From Okamejei kenojei (lineage: Eukaryota), in contig CM069152.1 in assembly GCA_035221665.1 (NCBI GenBank), forward strand, positions 20,584,001 to 20,648,000: 64,000 bases of DNA, written 5' to 3'. This document shows positions 39,133-52,301 of this stretch, piece by piece. Below the pieces are notes generated by a model, which had not been told where the DNA came from, searched no databases, and was given only the letters and a program-made list of their open reading frames with translations. A program made the position numbers and the translations under genes. The stretch's first letter is position 1; every line of letters starts with the position of its first letter.

Positions 39133-41104
39133 TATACTGCACATTGGCTCTGTAGGCTTTTTCAATGAGCTGAGTGTGAAAGGTGCCATTTTCTGACAGT
39201 AGCTTCTTTCAGTTGTAATGTCTCCTGTCTTAGAGATATTTGGGCCTGCTCAAATTACCACCTGGACACATTAACAACAAAGTAACTAATCCATGAGAGG
39301 TCTGCTGATTTCTTGTAGATGGCTAATAAACAAATACTATTTGAGTTAATAATAAGCAATATTAGAAATTGCTAACTAAGTTAAGATTGTTGTAAAGGGC
39401 AAGGAATGTTTCGTTCTGCTGAGTCAATAACAATTTGTGTTTAAATATTATCTTTAATGATGTAAGATAACGCACATGCCTCGCAGAGTATAATCAGAGC
39501 AGGAGCACAGTACTGGGGATACAGCCCATATTGTAACTAGAAAGCAAGAAATTGTGCACTAAGCCTCCATCATCCATTAACCTCTTCAACTCATCTATCA
39601 TCTTCCTCCCCCCACACCAAATAAATCCCTTCTTTAAGGGGGATTCAAACTTTCAGACGAGAATAGTTCAGCATTTCAGTTCTCTCTTAACTCTCAAAAT
39701 CTATCTGCATATTTAAGGATCCAGTTCCATTCTTTAGCCAGTGGCTCATAAAATGTAAGAATTGCCACAATAGCTGGCCTTGACAACACTATCCACATCT
39801 CATGAATGAGTAAATAAATAATGGATATGATGTACCACATATTAATATATAACGATGCGAAAATGCAGCAATTACCCAGTTTTCTGATAATTAACATGAT
39901 AAAAGAGAGATAAATCAATGTCAGCAAAATAAAATACGTCCTGAATCACTTTGAGTGATTTCAAATAATTAATTGCAGCCTGACACATGGATTTAAAACA
40001 AATAATTCAACTGTTTTAGAATTCAAGGCTGCAAAAGACTCATAAAATAAAATGGCCCTGGTTTAAGTCAATACAATTGCACAGGTAACAGTCCACTCTG
40101 TTGTGAAATGGCTCTTTGCATTTGTGCATCGTATGTCTTTTCACACGGGAAACCTGTCAAATCATTCAGTTGTGAATGTTTTCCAAGAATTCTCTGAGAA
40201 TTAAGAATGAAATTCCGCAACTATTTCCTATATTAAAGAATAAAATGCACAGTGTGTCTGACAACATTTCCATCACACTGCGACTTATAATGAAACCCCA
40301 TTGTAGAATTAAAAAACAAAACTCCATCTAATCGTCAGTGTAGTACTCTTCACAAAAAATTAAAAAATCAGGAAAATCCAAATACACAAATAGTCAGTCC
40401 TAAGGTTGATCATGCTGGAAACAAAAAAAAACAAGCCCCTTTCTAAAACATTGTGCTTGGAAGCTATGTTAAGACTGCATTACACCAGGACCAATACTGC
40501 TCTGTCACGATAATTTCCTGTGAGTAGTTCATCTTGTATTTAATATCATCATAAATGCACATTACAACAATGACTCCTAATTAAAGAGTCATGTAAGCAA
40601 GAAAGGTTTTATTTTATTTCCATGGTAATTCAGTCCTTACTAGATCATATGATCTGCAGAGCTCACTGCATTACCTTTCCTTCCTTTTGAAGTTTCAGGG
40701 TTCTGAAACTCAAGTTTGAATTCTACTTAACCACACTTCAGATTCAGTTCACCTTTTGTGTGGCTGAATCAGCCTTAGCCAAAAAATGTTCTTTGCAAAA
40801 GCAACGTTCACTTATTTTAACCTTCTACCATCTTACACTTCCAAGTGTTTTATGGCAAAGAACAGCCAACCTAATCTCCTGACACTGGTTGATCAAATGG
40901 CAAACATATGGAAAGCAAGACATTAATGTCAGAACTCTGAGACAAAGGCACAAATGCCATTGATGTGTGCGTATACAGATTTCAATGAAAAATACAAGAA
41001 AAAAGAAAGCAAAAACAACCAATATCCCAAAAGCAATTTACTACCAGTGAGCTGTAATCACTCTTGTAATGTGGCAGCAAATTAATTGGAATTCAAGAAA
41101 CTGC

Positions 41105-41275
41105 ACAGGCTGGAAATCTGAAATAAACTAAAAATTCTGGGAGCACTTAGCAGATCAAACAGCTGGATGAAAAAGAGAAAAACAGGCCCGATGAACGATC
41201 TCTAATCTGAAACTGATTTTCTTCCTGCAGATGCTGCATGACTTGCTGAGTGTTTCCTGTATTTTCTGTTTCTGC
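41105..41275. mobile_element. Old palindromic Penelope-derived element
   Basis: aaaattctgggagcacttagcagatc.. versus ..gatgctgcatgacttgctgagtgtttcctgtatttt. Centre ccgatgaa..ctgaaac. Confidence 0.5.
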
Positions 41276-44200
41276 AATTTACTGTGTTGGTCCTAAACAT
41301 AAGATTCAGGTCAGTGAGAAATCACACATGTAAAACCAGCAGCAATCCTATTACAGCAGTGCTCCCCACGTACCAATATGCCAATAATCCTAAAAATACT
41401 TTGTAGTGATATATAATAGAATAGTACAGAAAGTAATAATTAGCATGTTATACAGTTAAGCAAAGCCATTAATGGCAAATCAGAGATCTTTGCACTACAT
41501 TTACATTGTCTAGACATCACATTTAATGAATAATAGTACATGCAATTGAACCATGGTGATAAATAATTTACAAACTGGCATTAATCTCCTCTGTGCTCAA
41601 TGGTGTAGAGATTGCAAAAACAATATTTTACTATAATAACGACCTAATATGAAGTATTCTTCATGAGTTGATTTAAACTGTCCAAAACTGTCCGGTTGAT
41701 GTATTAAAGATGAGTATCACCTCAGCATATACAATGAGCAAACTAAGTACACTTGCAATGCTTCACACATGCTGACATTTCTTCGATCTGGAGGTTATGA
41801 CAATGTTGTTTTCAGTCCATTCATTTTAAATACCAGGGTTTTTCCAAAAGCATTGGGTATGTGAGAATTGAACCAATAAAGGAGTAAAAATGAATGGTAA
41901 ACACAAGCGAGGAAACAGAGCCATGCCAGGCATCTTTTGTCTACCATGTCTCAACCTTCAATATAAAATTTCCCAAGTTGCTTGATATGCGCAGCATCAG
42001 ACGGAAAAGAGGCCGAGAGGGAAAAAGAGAACAAAAGTGGATAAGATACCAAATGTTCCATTGGGTAAGTAAATGTTAATGGGCAGGGTGGGGGTGGGGG
42101 GGGGGAGAGGGGGGGCTGTGAGGTCAAATTTTAATCAGGGGAGAAGGAAAGTCAATAAATATCCTGGAGAACAAGTGAGAAGGCAGGATCTAAGTGAGCA
42201 ATTCAGGATAATTAGGAATCACAAGGAGGCGGATGGGAAAGTTGTAATTGAGACAAGATCCGGGTGAAATTGAGCTGAGTCCTCCTTTACTTGGATCATT
42301 CCTGATGTTACAAAGCATCTCTGCACTTATTAAGACCTCTGGCAAAAAGCCCTGTTGTACTTCAAGGTTACATTGTTAAACATCTTGTCAGATGCATTGC
42401 TATTAATAGCATCACGGTAACTAAATTCAGCCTTCATCTCTAAAAGTAAATCTAGCCTATTTACAATGTTATTGTACTCAATATAATCTATATCTCAGCA
42501 TTAATTATGCATCAAAGAATACAAAATGAATGAAAGAATTTTCAAGACAAAATATTAATTTATCTCAAACTATTAACATCTGCAACTTCAGAAAGAATCC
42601 TACCTTGTTTCTGCATTGAGCACAATCAATATGCTCGCCATATCTACACGAGAATGTTATCAACATCTAAGTGAATCCACTAAAGCATTTAAAACATTTA
42701 CAACAATAAAAACAATTAATTGGATAATTTAAATAAGTGGAAGCAAGAGCTGTAACTTATTCAATGTGGTAATAAAAAACAAGCCTTGAACATGAGGTTA
42801 TTAATATTTGAAATGCAGAAACATACCAGGAAACATGTTCGATAAAATGTAATGATAGAGTTAAAACAATATTTGAAAATACAGCCACACCATTCACAAG
42901 CAACACAGGATTACCATGGTTCCAAAACAAATATGAAAAGTTATCATAAGTTGTTTTCAAAGAGTATTCCACAACTGGTGTAGTAAAACCATTACATTTT
43001 TTCTTGTATAAAATTAAAGCAAGACACATATTCATGCAGAGTCAAGACAATAATGAGAAAATAAAACCTGTTTAAGCGATTGAAAAAGGCCTAAGGATAA
43101 TGCTCAATCAAGCACTTCATAAACCCCCATCATTTGAAAACCATCAATGTTCCACCTGAGCAGATCGATTCACAGAGGTGCAGCTATTCACTTGAATTAG
43201 TCTGTAATGGCCTGCAATGTTAACCAGTTCGCTGCATTAAGTGGAATCATAGCTATCTAATCCATAGATATAACAGTCACAATTTCTAAATAATTTTCTG
43301 GAATTTCCCCAAATTGAAAGGCATTCTGAAAAGGAAACTGCACAGTTCAACTTTGCTGGGGGATCAATGCAGAAAACTTTCTAATGCTTTTATGCAGTAA
43401 TTCCCCACTCCAGCTGAAAATCTATAACAGAATGCAAGAAATTAAAAAAATCAATGTGGGTTCACTCTTCGTCATCAGATTAATGCACTTGCAGTCCTCA
43501 CAATGCAGCTGTATCTTACCTGTATCTGACAAACTTTAAACCTGACATTACTTCCTACCAATTGAGACTTCAGAGTTATAATTCCTCTTACCTCTTCTCC
43601 ACTAGCTGTAAAAGACAGAAAGGTGAGAAAAGATGAAGTAAATTGTAATTTTGGGTACAATAATTTTTCAGGTGGATTCTTCATTGCCCCTCCTCCCATC
43701 TTGCCTTTTATTTCAGACTATCCAAAAGACAAACAATCATGGCTCAAAAGAATTGTAATCAACTACAACCTTGGAAGGATTATGATCAGTGAATTTGTTT
43801 CCAGTATACAAAGTGAATGCTGCCGTAATAAACCAGTCATAAAAATTAATTTGGTGCTTTCCAGATCCAAGTGATGGCCTCTAAAAGCACTAAACCAAAT
43901 GAAGACTTGTCCATAAAGTATTATGTTTGCAGCACAGTAATTTACAGCTGGCAAGATCTCTACTGTGTACCAGACACAACAAAATCAGCTATGAAGGTCC
44001 ATAAAGCATCATGCTATATTCCAACTGACACAAGGAACAAAAAGCAAGTCAGCAGGTTAGTTCATTAACAAGCATGATGATTAGCATTTTCGATGAAAAA
44101 CCTTTGCTTTCTCTGAAATAGTGTTAATGATATGATCCTTTAAATATTGTATGCAATTTTTGCTGTGGGTCAGGGATTGGAACCAGTTTTTGTAGCATAT

Positions 44201-44789
44201 GAAAAAACCTGAGATACACAACTGTGCAGCTGAGCTTTCATATCACTTTACAAGCAAAGGCCCCTTTCAACAAGTACTGTCCAAGCACATTAATGAGCCT
44301 CAAGAGACACAGAAACTTTGTGGAATTCACCAAAGAGAAATTTGCCATATTACAAGTGATTATGCACACGTTCATTAAAAACAGATGAAAAAAATGCAGC
44401 ATTTTAATATTATTGGCATATTAATTACTTACAGTGTGGTCTTTAACTGTACCTTCTGGCTACACCTGCAGCCATCTGGCTAAATCTTGGTGTATCAGAC
44501 ATCTGAAGCACAATTTATCCTTAATTACACATTTATATTTCAAGATAGAGCAAGTCCCTGGACAATGACACCTGCCAGCACATTGATATCTTAATAAAAT
44601 AATACCATTTATTTGAGTTCACATTATAGGTATTAAACCATCTTTTGTTAATACTTAAATTATATGAAAAAAAAAGTTTGTAAAGACAGTTAATTAATTT
44701 TCATTTGTTAATATGAAACTTGGTTACTTTCGCTTTGCATAGGAAATGCTGGACTCCAATGCTGGCAATCAAACAATACTAGGAGAGGC

Positions 44790-45262
44790 ATCTCTTTGCA
44801 TCAAAGTCATGTTGCTGTTTTATAGGACTTTGCTTAGGCTGCATTTGCTGTACTGCATGCAATTCTGGTTACTCCATGACAGGGAGAGGTTGAAATGACG
44901 GATTGTTTTCTCTGGAACAGCAGAGGTCAACAAGGGACCTGATAGAAGTGTATACAATTATGAGAGGTGTTAATAAGGTAGACAGTCAGAACCTTTTTTT
45001 CCAAAAACTTGAGGGCACAACTTTAAGGTGAGGGCGGGAACATTTAAAGGAAATGTACAGGAGTAGTTTTTCTTATAGAGTTCCTGGAATGTGCGGGCGG
45101 TGGTGGAGGCAGATACGAAAGTGGCATTTAATACTTTTGGATAGGTACATGTAGGGAATGGAGGGATATGGATTATCTACAGGCAGATAATGTTGGTCTT
45201 GGCATTGAGTTTGGCGCAGATATAAAGCACCGAAGGGCCAGTTCTTGTGCTGAACTGTTCTT
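44790..45262 (+). mobile_element. Degenerate HER1/CR1 LINE 3' fragment
   Basis: LYRTLLRLHLLYCMQFW and GDLIEVYTIMRG remnants, with a tail ccgaagggccagttcttgtgctg. Confidence 0.7.
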
Positions 45263-45809
45263 TTTAATGTTCCTACACCACCTTTGCTATATATGGGTTT
45301 TGCACAACTGTAAAAAACAGATATATGGGCTGAGGCAGAAAAAATGTAGGATCAACATAACAGGCATGTCCCAACCATATATTGCATCATACAAATGCAC
45401 TAATGAGTATGTTAATAATAGTCATATTTTGCAAGAGAATCATAGGAAATAAATTGCCCAGCATAAAAATGCATGACAAAGTGCACCAATATCAAGGGAC
45501 TGACATGCATGACATCCAGAGTACAGTGAGATCTGCAGAGATTTTCTCCCTTCTTTCTTATTTGCATCCATTCCAATTCAGTAGGCTCTGAGGTGGCTGT
45601 TGAGACCAATGTGTGATTCACAGGCTCTGCCACAGTTGTAGGGACAGGTGGTGTGCTCTGGCCACTGTTCTCAATGGGCTCACAGTGAAGAGATTTGAAG
45701 TTATCTGTGCCGTTCTAGTGCTCTTTCTCTGTTTCGAGGGGGTTTTGAGAGCATCCAATAAGGAATTTCCTCTGTCCACCCTAACCTACTGGTGCGACAA
45801 AATTTTGGC

Positions 45810-46185
45810 CTTAGCAAGGCCACCAGCATAATTAAGGACTCATCTCACCCCGGTCACTGTCTCTTCTCCCCTCTCCCATCAGACACGAGGTGCAGATGTT
45901 TGAAAAGGCATACCTCCAGAATCAGGGACTGTTTCTTCCCAACTGTTATCAGGCAATTGAACTGTCCTCTCATCAGCTAAAGTGTGCTCTTGGCCTCCCA
46001 TCTACCTCATTCAAGACCTTTGAACGATCTTTAATCGGACTTTATCTTGCACTAAATGTTGTACCCTTTATCCTTTGCTGTGGACAGCTTGATTGTAATG
46101 ATGTGGAGTCGTCTTTTACTGGATAGCACACGACAAAAGCTTTTCACGGTACCTTGGTACACATGGCAATAAACAAAACTAATAA
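45810..46185 (+). mobile_element. Rex1/Babar LINE 3' end
   Basis: ORF KATSIIKDSSHPGHCLFSPLPSDTRCRCLKRHTSRIRDCFFPTVIRQLN. Confidence 0.85.
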
Positions 46186-46734
46186 AGTGCCTGCTTTAGG
46201 ATTCTGTTGTCAGGTAAGTGATCTTCAGAGACTGCTCTTCAGAGGATGGATCTGAGGATAGTAGCCTAAAAGAGCTCATAGAATAGTAATTTATTTGCTT
46301 ATTTGGACAGTTAGCTTGTAGAATTTTGGAGAGATCTCTCTCACGTTTTTGAACACTTGCTGGAAGGTATTTTATATCTCTGAAGTGCACAGGAGGGGCA
46401 AGGTCACTGATAGATCATGAGCTTATGAGTTAATTTTTAACACACTTTTCCTCAGTCAGCTAGTGGCAGTACAGTGGTGAACTTCATTGTCATTGGGACC
46501 TTCATTTGAGATTGTTCCCAAGTTATGATAAGTAGTTCTGGTTATCTTACATCTCACAATGGACCTCAAGGTTTTTCTATGTGGTGACGGTGGTTGTAGT
46601 TGAGTGCGGAGGGGCCAATTTTGGCCAAGTCATGCAATGGATATGTTGGTTGAGGAACCTTGTTTAATGTAAGGCATCAGTGAAGGTTAGCAGTATATCC
46701 ATGCACACATTGCCCCCATGACATTCAAGACTGG

Positions 46735-47425
46735 GGAAGGGACTTAGAGGAGTACTGGTGCAGGATTCTCAAAATATTAATTTGCAGGTTGAGTCAGCGG
46801 AAAGGAAGGCAAATGTAATGCTAATATGCATTTCGGGGGGAATAGAATATAAAAGCAAGGATATAATGCTGAGGCTTTATCATGCGCTGGTGAGGCCGTA
46901 TTTAGAGTGTTATGAGCAATTTTTGGCCCATACCCGAGGAAGGATGTGCTGGCTTTGGAGGGGATCCAGAGGAGATTTACAAGAATGATCCTGGGGAAGC
47001 TTGGGTTAACAAATGAGGAGCATTAGGAGGCTCTGGGCCTGTACTCGCTGGAGTTTAGAAGGATGAGACGGAATCTTATTGAAATCTACCAGATAATGAA
47101 ATGCCTAGATAGAGTGGAGATGGAAAGGATGTTTCCAGTAATGGGAGTCTAGAATCAGAGGGCATAGCCTCAGAAATGACGTACCTTCAGAATGTAGATG
47201 AGGAGAAATTTCTTCAGCCAGGGGGTTGTAACTTTGTGGAATTCATCGCCTCTGGCAGCTGTGGAGGCCAAGTTATTTTGAAAGCAGAAATCGATAGATC
47301 GCAAGGGTGTCAAAGGTTATGGAGAGATGGCAGGCGAATGGGGGTTGAGAGGGAAAGATAAACCATCCAAGATTGAATGCCGAAATAGACTCGATAGGTG
47401 AAATGGTTTAATTCTGCTCCTATGC
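46735..47425 (+). mobile_element. CR1 LINE 3' fragment
   Basis: ORF RKANVMLICISGGIEYKSKDIMLRLYHALVRPYLEC, LGLYSLEFRRMR, and a CR1 tail. Confidence 0.85.
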
Positions 47426-48559
47426 CCTTTGTGGCATGATGGGGAATGTGGAAAGAAGATCTATGCATGGTGAGGGATGGAAGATAGGGATGGTTGAGGT
47501 CAAAATTTGGAGAGAATGAATAGGACATTGGAAGGAAGAAGACTCTGAGGAAAACACCATCAATTGGAATAATCTACTTCCATTTCCCTCCATAACATCC
47601 AAAATAAATTTCAAATTCAAGGGACCCTAAAGGAAAAAATAAACTGGCAAATGGGCTCTGCAAGTTGCTGCGGTGCCATGACAATCAATTTACAGCAACC
47701 ACTGCTGAAGAAATGTCAGTTATGTTGTATTCATTTCATCTTTGCAAAATTGTGAAGGGAATGCATATCATCTCCAAAAATGTAAATTGGAATCAACAGT
47801 TCTGCCACTGCACACTGTGACACGGCAATAAGATCGTTTCAGAAACGGGCTATTTATAGACACTTTTTGAAACAGATTTTTTTTTTAAGCTGAAGTTAAA
47901 TTGGATGCAGCTTCAGATCTGCACAGATGAATCCAATTCAACTGAATATTATTCAGTCGATACACAAGAGGAGACAAGGAAATGTCATTATATTTTGTGG
48001 ACTGAGAATTAGAGTCAGCACACTTATTGATGTCCTTAGAAATGACACTACAAAACAGACAGGAATAAAATGCAGAATGAATGATCAAATACAACACATT
48101 TCATTGAAGGAAATTAATCTCTTTGAAAATCAGGTTACCAACATATTTTTTAGTAAAGATATTTTTCTGGGGTAAAATAAGAGCCCATTTATTTAACCGG
48201 ATAAAAGCAAAAGTATGATGACCCACTCCATTGCTATAATTTATTAGGAAAAACAATAGTAGCAGATTGGACTAATGGTACATCACTATGTGTGTCAGTG
48301 CTACAAAATTGTGATTCAAGTTGTTTGAGTTGAGAGAATTTTATTTACATGGGACCATTTTAAAACATTGACACTAAACAAATACAATGGCATGAATCAA
48401 TGACCTCTGTCATGGATTCAGACACAACATGAGAGAAGCAAGCCTCTGGTTGCGAGCATTAAAACTCTTCCATAAGTATTGGCCATCAGTTATATTCACC
48501 CTCACTGATCCAATATCAGAGTTCAACAGAGCTGAATGCAGACAGAGAAGTACAAAATA

Positions 48560-48790
48560 AAATTAAATCAAGTAAAATATTTCAAGATATCTCACCAGAG
48601 CAGAGTAAGAACAAAACAAACACCAAGCCACATATGATAGGTGATCAAAAGCTGGCTCAAATTGAGTCGGTTTCAAGGATTATCTTAAAGGAGGGGAAGG
48701 AAAAGAAAGATCAATGTTGAGGGAAACAATTTCAGCACCTGGAGCCCAACTGCCAATAACGGAGCAGTGGTAATTAGGGTTGTACAGGAC
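48560..48790 (-). mobile_element. Possible old L2-type LINE 3' remnant
   Basis: ggtgatcaaaagctggctcaaa..tcttaaaggagggg..agggaaacaatttcag resembles the reverse complement of L2 3' ends as recalled. Confidence 0.4.
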
Positions 48791-49269
48791 ATTCCTGGAG
48801 GAACTAAGAAATACAGCAAGAGTGGCAATGGTGCCTTTCTTCACAACAAAGTACAACATCTGGCAATCCAACTCAATTTACAAATTCGAGGACGACACCA
48901 CCGTAGTGGGCTCGGTATCAAATAGTGATAAGAGGGAGCACAGGAAATAGATTGAGAACCTCGTAACCTGATGTCAAGACAACAACCTTTTTCTCAATGT
49001 CAGCATGACAAAGGAAATAGGGATCGACTTCAAGTTCCTAGGAGCATATATCACCAGCAACTTGTCCTGGACAAGCCATATCGAACCAATGATCAAGAGA
49101 GCAGACTATCACCTCTACTTCCTTAGAAAGCTTAGGATGTTCAGCATGTCCTCATAAAATCTCACCAACTTCTACAGGTGCACCTATAGAAAGCATTTTA
49201 TCGAGATGCATCACAGTATGGTTTGGGAACAGCTCCATCCAAGACCGCAAGAAATTGCAGAGATTTATA

Positions 49270-51483
49270 CAGTGCCCTCCATAATGTTGGGACAATTTGA
49301 GAATTGTAATTTAAAAAAATCACATGTAGTTAAAGTGCACGTTGTCAGATTTTATTAACGGTCATTTTTATACATTTTTGGTTTCACCATGTAGAAATTA
49401 CAGCTGTGTTTATACATAGTCCCCCCATTTCAGGGCACCATAATGTTTGGGACACATGGCGATTGTAATTGCTCAGGTGTGTTTAATTGCCTCCTTCATG
49501 CAGGTATAAGAGAGCTCTCAGCACTAGTTTTTCCTCCAGTCTTTCCATCACCTTTGGAAACTTTCATTGCTGTTTATCAACATGAGGACCAAAGTTGTGC
49601 CAATGAAAGTCAAAGAAGGCATTATGAGACTGAGAAACAAAAATAAAGCTGTTAGAGACATCAGCCAAACTTTAGGCTTACCAAAAGCAACTGTTTGGAA
49701 CATCATTAAGAAGAAAGAGTGCACTGGTGAGCTTACTAATCGCAAAGGGACTGGCAGGCCAAGGAAGACCTCCACAGCTAATGACAGAAGAATTCTCTCC
49801 ATAATTAAAAAAAATCCCCAAACACCTGTCTGACAGATCAGAAACACTCTTCAGGTGTGGATTTGTCAATGACCACTGTCCGCAGAAGACTTCATGAACA
49901 GAAATACAGAGGTTACACTACAAGATGCAAACAACTGGTTAGCCACAAAAATAATGGCCAGGTTACAGTTTGCCAAGATGAGCAACCACAGCTCAGGAAA
50001 AAGGTCTTGTGGATAGATGAGATGAAGATTAACTTATATCAGAGTGATGGAAAGTGCAAAATATGGAGGAGAGAAGGAACTGCCCAAAATCCAAAGCATA
50101 CCAACTGTGAAATGACGACGCACCTGCGTCGAAGACGCACCCCCATTTTGAGCCCGGGACGGAGCAGCCAGCCTTTCGTCCAGTAGCTACCTGCCAACCA
50201 CCACCTCCACCGGTTGCGCCTGTGCCGAAGCACACCGTGGCAGGCAGGCCAGCAGAAGGCGCTGATGTGGCGGCCGGTTCCGCTGTCTGGTCCTGGCGGC
50301 TCGCAGCCACCCGATTTATTTCCCGCCCCGGCCACAATGCGGTGGCTCCGCACCCGCAGTGAGTGAGTGAGTTGCTGGCATGATCTCCGACCCCCTCCTT
50401 CTCAACGCTCCTTCCCTCCCTGCAACTCCCTGGCAGCCCAGTTAAGTTTACTACTTTGTGCAGCCCAGGCCGTGTTGCCCCGGGTCAGACTCCCCACATG
50501 CCATGGAAAATAACTTTCACTCCCCCCCCCAGCGGCACTGTCCTTTTACAGCTGCTTCCCACTTCACAAAGTTCCAGGGTCGAAGGCATGTCAGGCTCCG
50601 CGGAGCAGTCACTACGAGAGTGGCATTGCTCAGCCTAACCTTCAGCCTCCAAGACGCAGGTACATTTTCGGGCCTTATTTTAGAGTAAAAATTAGCGTCT
50701 TGGACGCCGGGAAATACAGTATATCAGAGTGATGGCAAGAGCAAAGTATAGAGGAGAGAAGGAACTGCCCAAGATCTAAAGCATACCAATTCATCTGTGA
50801 ACCACAGTGGTGGGAGTGTTATGGCGTGGGCATGTATGGCTGCTGAAGGTGCTGGTTCACTGATCTACATTGATGATACAACTGCTGATGGTAGTAGCAT
50901 AATGAATTCTGAAGTGTATAGACACATCTTATCTGCTCAAGTTCAAACAAATGCCTCAAAACTCATTGGCCGGCGGTTAATTGTTCAAAGCTAAAAAATG
51001 GTCAATTCTTGAGTGGCCAAGTCAATCACCCGAACTGAACCCAATTGAGCATGCCTTTAATATGCTGAAGTGAAAACTGAAGGGTACAAGCCCCCAAAAC
51101 AAGCATAAGCTAAAGATGGCTGTAATACAGGCCTGGCAGAGCATCACCAGAGAAGACACCCAGCAACTGGAATGTCTATGAATCGCAGACTTCAAGCAGT
51201 CATTGCATGCAAATGATATGTAACAAAATAATAAGCATGACTACTTCATTTACATGTCATTGCTGTGTCCCAATCATTATGATGCCCCAAAATGGGGGGA
51301 CTGTGTAAACACTGCTGTAATTTCTGCATGGTGAAACCAAAATGAATGAAAATAGCCTTTATTCATCTGACCATGTGCACTTTAACCACGTGATTTTTTT
51401 TTCATTACAAATCTCAAATTGTGGAGTGCAGAGGCAAATAAATAAATTATGGGTCTTTGTCCCAAACATTATGGAGGGTACTG
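49270..51483 (+). mobile_element. Tc1-family DNA transposon (IR/DR type) with defective transposase
   Basis: TA|cagtgccctccataatgtt.. and ..aacattatggagggtactg|TA. TIRs of ~200 bp with inner direct repeats (~49431, ~51265). Transposase remnants: HTH (VRDISQTLGLPKATVWNII), GRPRKT, VLWIDEMK, GGSVMAWACM, WPSQSPELNPIEH. Contains stops, frameshifts and a deletion of the second catalytic Asp region. Confidence 0.93.
50105..50719. mobile_element. GC-rich Tc2/pogo-like non-autonomous element nested in the Tc1; only one clear TIR
   Basis: Right end gcgtcttggacgccgggaaatacag|ta. Subterminal (aa)gacgca repeats at both ends. The left terminus is missing. Confidence 0.6.
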
Positions 51484-52301
51484 TAGATGAAGTCCAGACC
51501 ATCACACAAATCAACCTCCCTTCCATTGATTCCATGTACACTTTATGCTGTCTCGGCAAGGCCACCAGCATAATCAAGGACGAGTCTCACCCCGGTAATT
51601 CCCTTTCCTCCCCTCTCCCATCAAGACTTGACCATCACAAACAAGCTTGGAAGCACCACCATTAACCTAATCCCAACGGATAAACCTGCCAGATTCTGCA
51701 GTGGCAGTATTGAGAAACATGGGAAAGCTTGACTTCAATAATCTGGTAGATGCATCTGTCCATATTAACAATGGGAAAATCGGAAGAAGCACAACTCTTT
51801 TGAGACCAAGTCTCGTCCTCAGATCAATACCCTCTATTATTACTGCCATTTTGATAAATGGAAAAGATTTAGAACAGATCTAGCAGATGAAGACTAGGCA
51901 GCCAGGAAACACAGATCATCATCAGCAGCATAAATGTAAAGCATCATATGTTACCTCAATTTACCAATCCAATTAAGCCAGTTATCAACATGGCTCAATG
52001 AGGTGTGCAAGAGGGCATGCCAAGAGCAGCACCAGAACACCAAAATGAAGTGCCATCCTATAAAAACTACAACCGGACTTCATGTGTGTGAAACACCAAA
52101 AGCAGTATGGTGTGGACAGTGGTATGAGATTTCCCAATCAACAGGTCATATCAAAGCTTTGTTTTATTACTATGTCAAGTTGGGAATGGTGCCAATTAAT
52201 AGGAAAAGGTGGCCTGAGATTAACCTATCATCAAAGATGAAGGGCCTCTCCATGACAGCGCCAATGTGTAATGTCAGCCAGAAATGATAAGTAGTTGATT
52301 A

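Larger units (their letters stand above)
48830..51625 (+). mobile_element. Rex1/Babar LINE fragment split by a Tc1 insertion (pieces ~48830-49269 and 51484-51625)
   Basis: NSIYKFEDDTTVVG..REEHRK*IENLVT*CQDNNL..ITVWFGNSSIQDRKKLQR, resuming after the Tc1 as VDEVQTITQINLPSIDSMYT..KATSIIKDESHPG. Confidence 0.85.

Noticed and set aside
42083-42118. Isolated G-tract / G-quadruplex
   Set aside because: Simple G-runs are common in this window, with no supporting context.
51640-52150. Possible retroelement remnant
   Set aside because: Too decayed to assign a family from motifs.
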